Shown here: positions 58,704 to 64,000 of the stretch, one piece after another
Position numbering within the stretch: position 1 is the stretch's first letter
Layout of the letters: each line of letters starts with the position of its first letter
Source of the DNA: Rhynchopus sp. YZ270_cl-10
Lineage: Eukaryota
Assembly: GCA_964035575.1 (NCBI GenBank)
Contig: OZ037834.1
Span: 2,108,001-2,172,000, forward strand
Length of the DNA: 64,000 nt
Reading direction: 5' to 3'
The notes under the pieces: generated by a model
Seen by the model: only the letters and a program-made list of their open reading frames with translations
The model's database searches: none
What the model was told of the DNA's origin: nothing
Translations under genes and position numbers: made by a program

Positions 58704-61700
58704 ATGGACCTCTCCCGAGAGTCGTCGCAACGTCACGCACAGTTTGCACAACCTGAACGCAATGAGGCACCAACCCAACAGTCCTCACCACGCAAATCCT
58801 CATTGAAGCATAAGACCCCCTCCCAACCTGAGCACATCCCTTCAGGCGACGTCGTGACCGTCACACTACACGCCGACAAGCTGCACCAAGAGATCCATTC
58901 CATCGGCAGCAACGACTCCTTCGGTACCGAAGTCTTGGGACGCTGGGGCGGGAGCATACGAGACCGCATCACACAGCTTCTATTTGACGGCGATTTGGAT
59001 GATGTCGGGCAGCCTAGGGGGATCGGACTGTCGGGGTGGAGGTTCCGCTTCGGCGCAGGGTCTGTACACACCGGAGAATGCGACCCACACCACCGCTACG
59101 AAACATTTCTCAATGAAGATTGGGCCTCCTCTGGGGTTGCCGATGAGCGCTCCTACGATTTCACAGCGTCTCCGGGACGACGATACTTTCTTGACGCGGC
59201 GAAGCGGTATGGTGTTGCAATGTTCACCGCAACGGTCTCCGCACCTCCGTACACGCTAACCGGGGCTGCAACCAACCCAGAACGCTGTTCCCTCTGGCTT
59301 CCAGATAATTCAGCGATGCGGCTGCATGAATATGCATCCTATCTTGCCCGCTGCCTCAAGCACTTTAAAACGCAAGGTGTGCTCTTCACCTCACTCTCTC
59401 CGGTGCACACAACACACTCCGGTGGTGGTGTGGTAGAAGGATGTATGTACTCTAACGAAGAGCTTGTCAGTACATTGCATATCATCAGTGCAGAGTTTGA
59501 GAGGTTAGGGTTGCATGTAAGGCTGGTAGGTCCTGATTCAGCTTCGATAGACTTTTTGAGCAGTAAGTTGCCGGGGCACGAACGGTGTTCGGAGTTTTTG
59601 AAGTTCTACCGCGCGCAGGAGACGGGAGACCATGTGGACACCTTTCGCTTTCCGGAGTCGTTTTGTGTTGTGAGCGGGGCGTCTACACTTTCTTGTTGGG
59701 CGGAGGAAGGGAGGTTGGCGCTTTGCAGAGAGCAGTTCCGCAATGCGATGCAAAAGTATGCGCAGGGCACGAATATTGCAGAATACTGGGTGTCAGAGTA
59801 CATCGTGAACGTCCCACAACGTGACCACCGTGTGCCAGACCGGGCTGCGAAGCGAATCAACAAACTCCAAGCTGACAGTGCCGCAGGGGACACCCACGCA
59901 GACCTGGACCTCGCATTGCATACCGCAAGGGTTATCCTAGCAGACCTCGTCCTTTGCAATGCCGCCTCGTGGAATTGGGGGCACGCAGTAGGCACAGAGG
60001 TGACAGGGGGAGGTCTCGTTTCAATTGACACCAGAACGCCAAAACACTCCGTTCGCGTCTCAAAAACATTATGGGCGCTGGGTCACTTCTCGTTTTTCAT
60101 CAAACCAGGGTTTCGGAGGATGGAGACTACTCGAGGGGATTTGGCGCATTTTAGAGACAATATCTATTCGGTGCTTGATGCAGCTTTTCTTGATGAGGAT
60201 TCTTTGGCGTTTGTTGTGATCATCCTTAATATGGGAACTTCCGATCGGAATGTTGAAATCAATGTCCGCGGGAGGTCCAGGATTATTCCTGAAATGTGTT
60301 GTTTTAATAGTTATATTACCACTTCAAGCGCTTCTTTGACACGGTATCGTTCAGGGAATATTGCAGGGCCAATTGAATCTCCAGCTATGAGTATTATGAC
60401 TTTGAGGGGAGATTTGATTGAAGAAGGGACGCCTTATGTGATTCGGGCTTTTGGAAGCAGGAAGATTCCTTTGGTGTTGCAGGCGTCTGCGAAGCAGGAT
60501 GGATTGGTCAACGTAGCACCAGAGCTGCGAAGAGACGAAGACGAGTCAACAGCAAACCCATGGGACACCAAATCCACCCGCGCCATGAGGGAAAGACAGC
60601 TCTGGAAGATCTTCCCGCACCCTTCCGGAGAAGGTGTCATGATCCAGAGCAGCTCCCTGAGCATTGTGCTGACGGTGCGGGATGATGCAGAGGAGTATGA
60701 CAATGGGATTCTCCCGGTCCATTTTGGACTTCCAACTTCGACGCAGCCAGCACGGTACCAATGGAGGGCCAGGAAAGGGTGTAATGGGCATTTTGTGTTT
60801 GTCAATTTCTTTTCTGGGTTGGCGTTGGAGGCGTATGGGGAAGTGACGCGGTTGGCACCTCCATCGGGGAAGAGGGACCAGCATTGGGTGGTGTATCCTG
60901 CAGAGCCATTGACCCCAGAGCCTTTGTCGCATCATCATACAGTGGAGGAGAGGAAGGCGAGGGCGTTGAAGCGGGGGATAAAGACGCCGTTGCTTTTTAG
61001 TAAGCAGGGGGATGACGGAGGTGGGAAGGTGTTGTTAAAAAACGTCGGGCCCAGACAGAACCAATTTTCTCACAAAGATTTTTTTAAGTCGCAGATGGGG
61101 AATCGAATCGCAGAGGACATCCCAGTAGCAACAGGGGTGCATACCTATAAGAACCCACGCTATGCGGTGCCGCACAGCGCAGAGCATGTTCCCAATGTGG
61201 CACATCGATCTGGGGAGACACTTCCGGTACCTATGGTGTCGATCTCGCAGCCTCCGCAAGATGGTATACCTGATGTGCTTCAGCCGCATTCGGTGTTGGG
61301 GACACCAAGGCGGAAGGCACAGCACAATGGGGAGGTGGTAAACCCGCAGCACAACCTTCCAGAGACAGGGCATAAGACGATACCGCATCCAGCTGCGGAG
61401 GCGCATAGCTTGGGGTATAGTCCGGGCCAGCAGACACCGTATCGGCAGAATATGGAGAGTCTGCGTCCAGAGGGCGGTCTGCAGAGTGGTCGGCATAGTT
61501 CCCAGCATGAGAGTGTGGCCTATCCGCAGCGTAGCTCGAATGTCCCTCAGACGCAGAGTTCTGAGAGTACGGTGCCGCATCAGGGATACGCAAGTGTGGG
61601 GGAGGGTCAGGGTGCTCCAGCAACGTCGTTGTTGATAGATCCGAGTGAGATGGAGAGGAGGCGGGCGGTGAACCAAGAGTACAGAAGACAGCGTGCAGAG

Positions 61701-62298
61701 GAGATGGAGGCGGCAAGGCAGCAAGAGCGGGAGCAGGCGAACCTCGAGCATGAGACCCGGCTTGCGCGGGAGGATGTGTTGCGGAGAGAGGCGGAGGAGG
61801 CAAGGCGTGCAGAACGGCACGGTACATCTCACCTTGTGTTTAACCTTGAGATGCGTGAGTCCGCGTTTGACAGTGCATTCAAAAAATCCTTTATTGCTAG
61901 CATCGCAAAGCAGCTGCAAATTTCGGTATGAAAAATTTGAAGAAAAACAAAAAAAAAAAAAAAAACAAAAAATATCAGGAAAAATCGATCAAAGTCACAA
62001 AGATAAGCTCCACTGAAACGCACGTTAAGGTTGAGATCCGTCTGATTGAAGGTTCAGAAGCGAACAGTGGGTATGTCTCTCCCTCTCCTCTTCCATCCTC
62101 CCGCTCGCCCCACACATTTTTTTTTTTTTCCATTTTTCCATTTTCCCACACAGCGATCTGTTGGACAAACTATTCGAAATCGTGTCTGTCACAAAGCAAG
62201 ACCTTGAAGCAGATGACCAAGTATCCAGTGGTGACGACCGCCCTGTCGAGAAGAAGCCAAAACGCTCCAAAAAAAGGGACAAATCTGGAACTCATTAG
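58704..62298 (+). CDS. GH30-family glycoside-hydrolase-like domain, ricin-B-like lectin and low-complexity tail; exons 58704-61925, 61979-62070, 62154-62298
   Basis: 'GIGLSGWRFRFGAGS', 'YWVSEY', 'SKTLWALGHFSFFIKPG'; QxW repeats (QLW, YQW, QHW); two GTATG...CAG introns keep the frame to the stop at 62296-62298. Confidence 0.82.
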
Positions 62299-63110
62299 AG
62301 ACACAAATGATGCAGCGAAGTGTAAATCTCTCCTTTAAAAAAAAAACCCCAACAAGACGAAGAATGGTTTCTCGAAATAGATGTACGACTGACTGGTTGG
62401 GGTACACCATGGCGCGGTCACGTTTGAAGGTGAGGTAACACTGTTCCGAGACTACTTTGTATTTCAAGTCAAATATTTTGCGGCACCCTTTAGGGGGTGA
62501 TTGCCCAGGTTTTATATGGTGGCCTGCTATGCGTTGCTGCGGTGTCTAATCTTAAGGTTAAGGTGACGAAGTAGAGAGAGACTTCGGGTCATCGGAGAAC
62601 CTTATCTTCGAGTTATCTTTCATGATTTTCAGAATTTGCATCCGTTCAGAGGTTCTGAGACAGTTTGCATTTTTTTAAAAAGTTTTTTTTTCCCCTTTCA
62701 TTTCCACAAAAAAAATAACCAAGACGTGGACCCTCTTCATACCTTTCGGTGTGGTTTTTCCGTGAGTTATCACATTTTTTTTTGGTGACTAAGCACGAGA
62801 GGCTTAGGTTCATTTCATGAACTTTTCCTTTTTTTTTTCCCCCCCCTTCTTTTTCATCCCCCTCCCCCGTGCACCAAGGTCACACAATAGAATCCCAGCA
62901 GGGAAGGCGTATTAGATTGCCCAAAAACGGGTGGAAAAAAAAAACATAACAAAACACCCTCCTTTTTTACACATATTTTCTTGACATTTATCTTAAACAT
63001 CCTACCCCTGCATTCCCCTCTTCTATGCACTCTTGGTCATTGCACTCACGGGGTTTTTTTTTTTGTATTTTCACACCAACTTTTTTCAGAGATACACAAA
63101 ACACATTACA

Positions 63111-64000
63111 ATGGAACGGCGGGATGCGTTCTCCGAGCTTATGGTGGGGGCACGGTTCCAACGGAAACGCTTCAGCGCAGACATTGCGAAGTTCACCCCT
63201 CAGGCGAAGAGCCCCACCATCCACGCTGCAACGGCACCGCTACGGGGGCATAAGGGGGTAGACTTTTTGGAGACAGCGTCGAACAACGCACCCAGCGTCG
63301 CATCGACAGACATGGACAGCGAGGCAGGGGACGATGGTGCTCCTACAGCAAAGCCCTCCCCAGCGACACCCCTCCCAAAGCCAGGCAAACAGAAGTCCCT
63401 CGACCTCCGCAAGGAAAACCACATCAAAGCATCCGGAGCGGACCTGCCACCACCGTGCGCGAACTTCCAACAGGCCATTTCTTGGTACAACATCCACGAC
63501 CAGCTTTCCCGCAACCTTCTCTCCCGTGGGTTTGTCACCCCAACCCCGATTCAAATGCAGGGTCTGCCGTCTTTGTTGGAAAAGCGGGATTTTATTGGGG
63601 TTGCGCCTACTGGAAGCGGAAAGACACTGACCTTTTTGCTTCCTATGTTGGCAAGGCTTGCGAGCCCGAAGACGACCGGGTTGAGAGCGTTGGTTCTGTC
63701 CCATTCAAAGGAGCTGGCTGCACAAAGTGAACGCGAACTGCGGTATCTCTGCAAAGGGCGCAACTGGGGGGTGCAAACCATGACCTCAAGCAAGACGGGA
63801 GTAAACAAGAGAGACATTCTGTGTACCACCCCAGGGCGTCTGGAGTCCTTCATCAAGGAGCAGGCTCTGTCTCTGGCCGCAGTGGAGTACATCGTCTTTG
63901 ACGAGGCGGATCAACTGTTCGACATTTCGCACGACAGCTTCTTCAACGTCATGAAATCGGTTCTCGACCGCTGCACCCTCCCCACCAAACAGATTGCTGT
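63111..64000 (+). CDS. DDX52: DEAD-box RNA helicase DDX52/ROK1-like, runs off the window end
   Basis: N-terminus 'GARFQRKRFSADIAKF'; Q motif 'GFVTPTPIQ', 'APTGSGKT', 'KELAAQ', 'TPGRL', 'VFDEAD'. Confidence 0.85.
   Translation, partial: MERRDAFSELMVGARFQRKRFSADIAKFTPQAKSPTIHAATAPLRGHKGVDFLETASNNAPSVASTDMDSEAGDDGAPTAKPSPATPLPKPGKQKSLDLRKENHIKASGADLPPPCANFQQAISWYNIHDQLSRNLLSRGFVTPTPIQMQGLPSLLEKRDFIGVAPTGSGKTLTFLLPMLARLASPKTTGLRALVLSHSKELAAQSERELRYLCKGRNWGVQTMTSSKTGVNKRDILCTTPGRLESFIKEQALSLAAVEYIVFDEADQLFDISHDSFFNVMKSVLDRCTLPTKQIA

Overview
Eukaryotic, most likely euglenozoan (diplonemid-like) DNA. This is inferred from the RPS4 sequence, single-hairpin AGA-box RNA candidates, all host genes lying on the + strand, and short GTATG...AG introns. 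Recognisable host genes are RPS4, PIG-V, a TMX2-like protein, DDX52/ROK1, a GH30+ricin protein with a degenerate acid/base motif, an adenylate-cyclase-like membrane protein, a Crinkler/RHS-like NTPase-nuclease and a long PDZ-tailed protein. The most striking feature is an ordered transposon stack at 14161-17830 and 24371-41406. Five non-coding elements with TAGGGG...CCCCTA termini sit in poly-C tracts. Four of their five left junctions (CC|TAGG or CT|TAGG) carry a second, hAT-type element inserted exactly there, with a 6- or 8-bp TSD. Two of the five also carry a CAC-terminated element inserted exactly 14 bp inside a terminus. One second-tier element encodes an apparently intact, three-exon, about 772-aa hAT-like transposase with a D-D-D rather than D-D-E triad. 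Also present: a decayed Crypton-like tyrosine recombinase with bulged terminal hairpins, GTAC-core microsatellites at element arm boundaries, a DIRS relic, and a young in-frame chimeric duplicate of two neighbouring genes.
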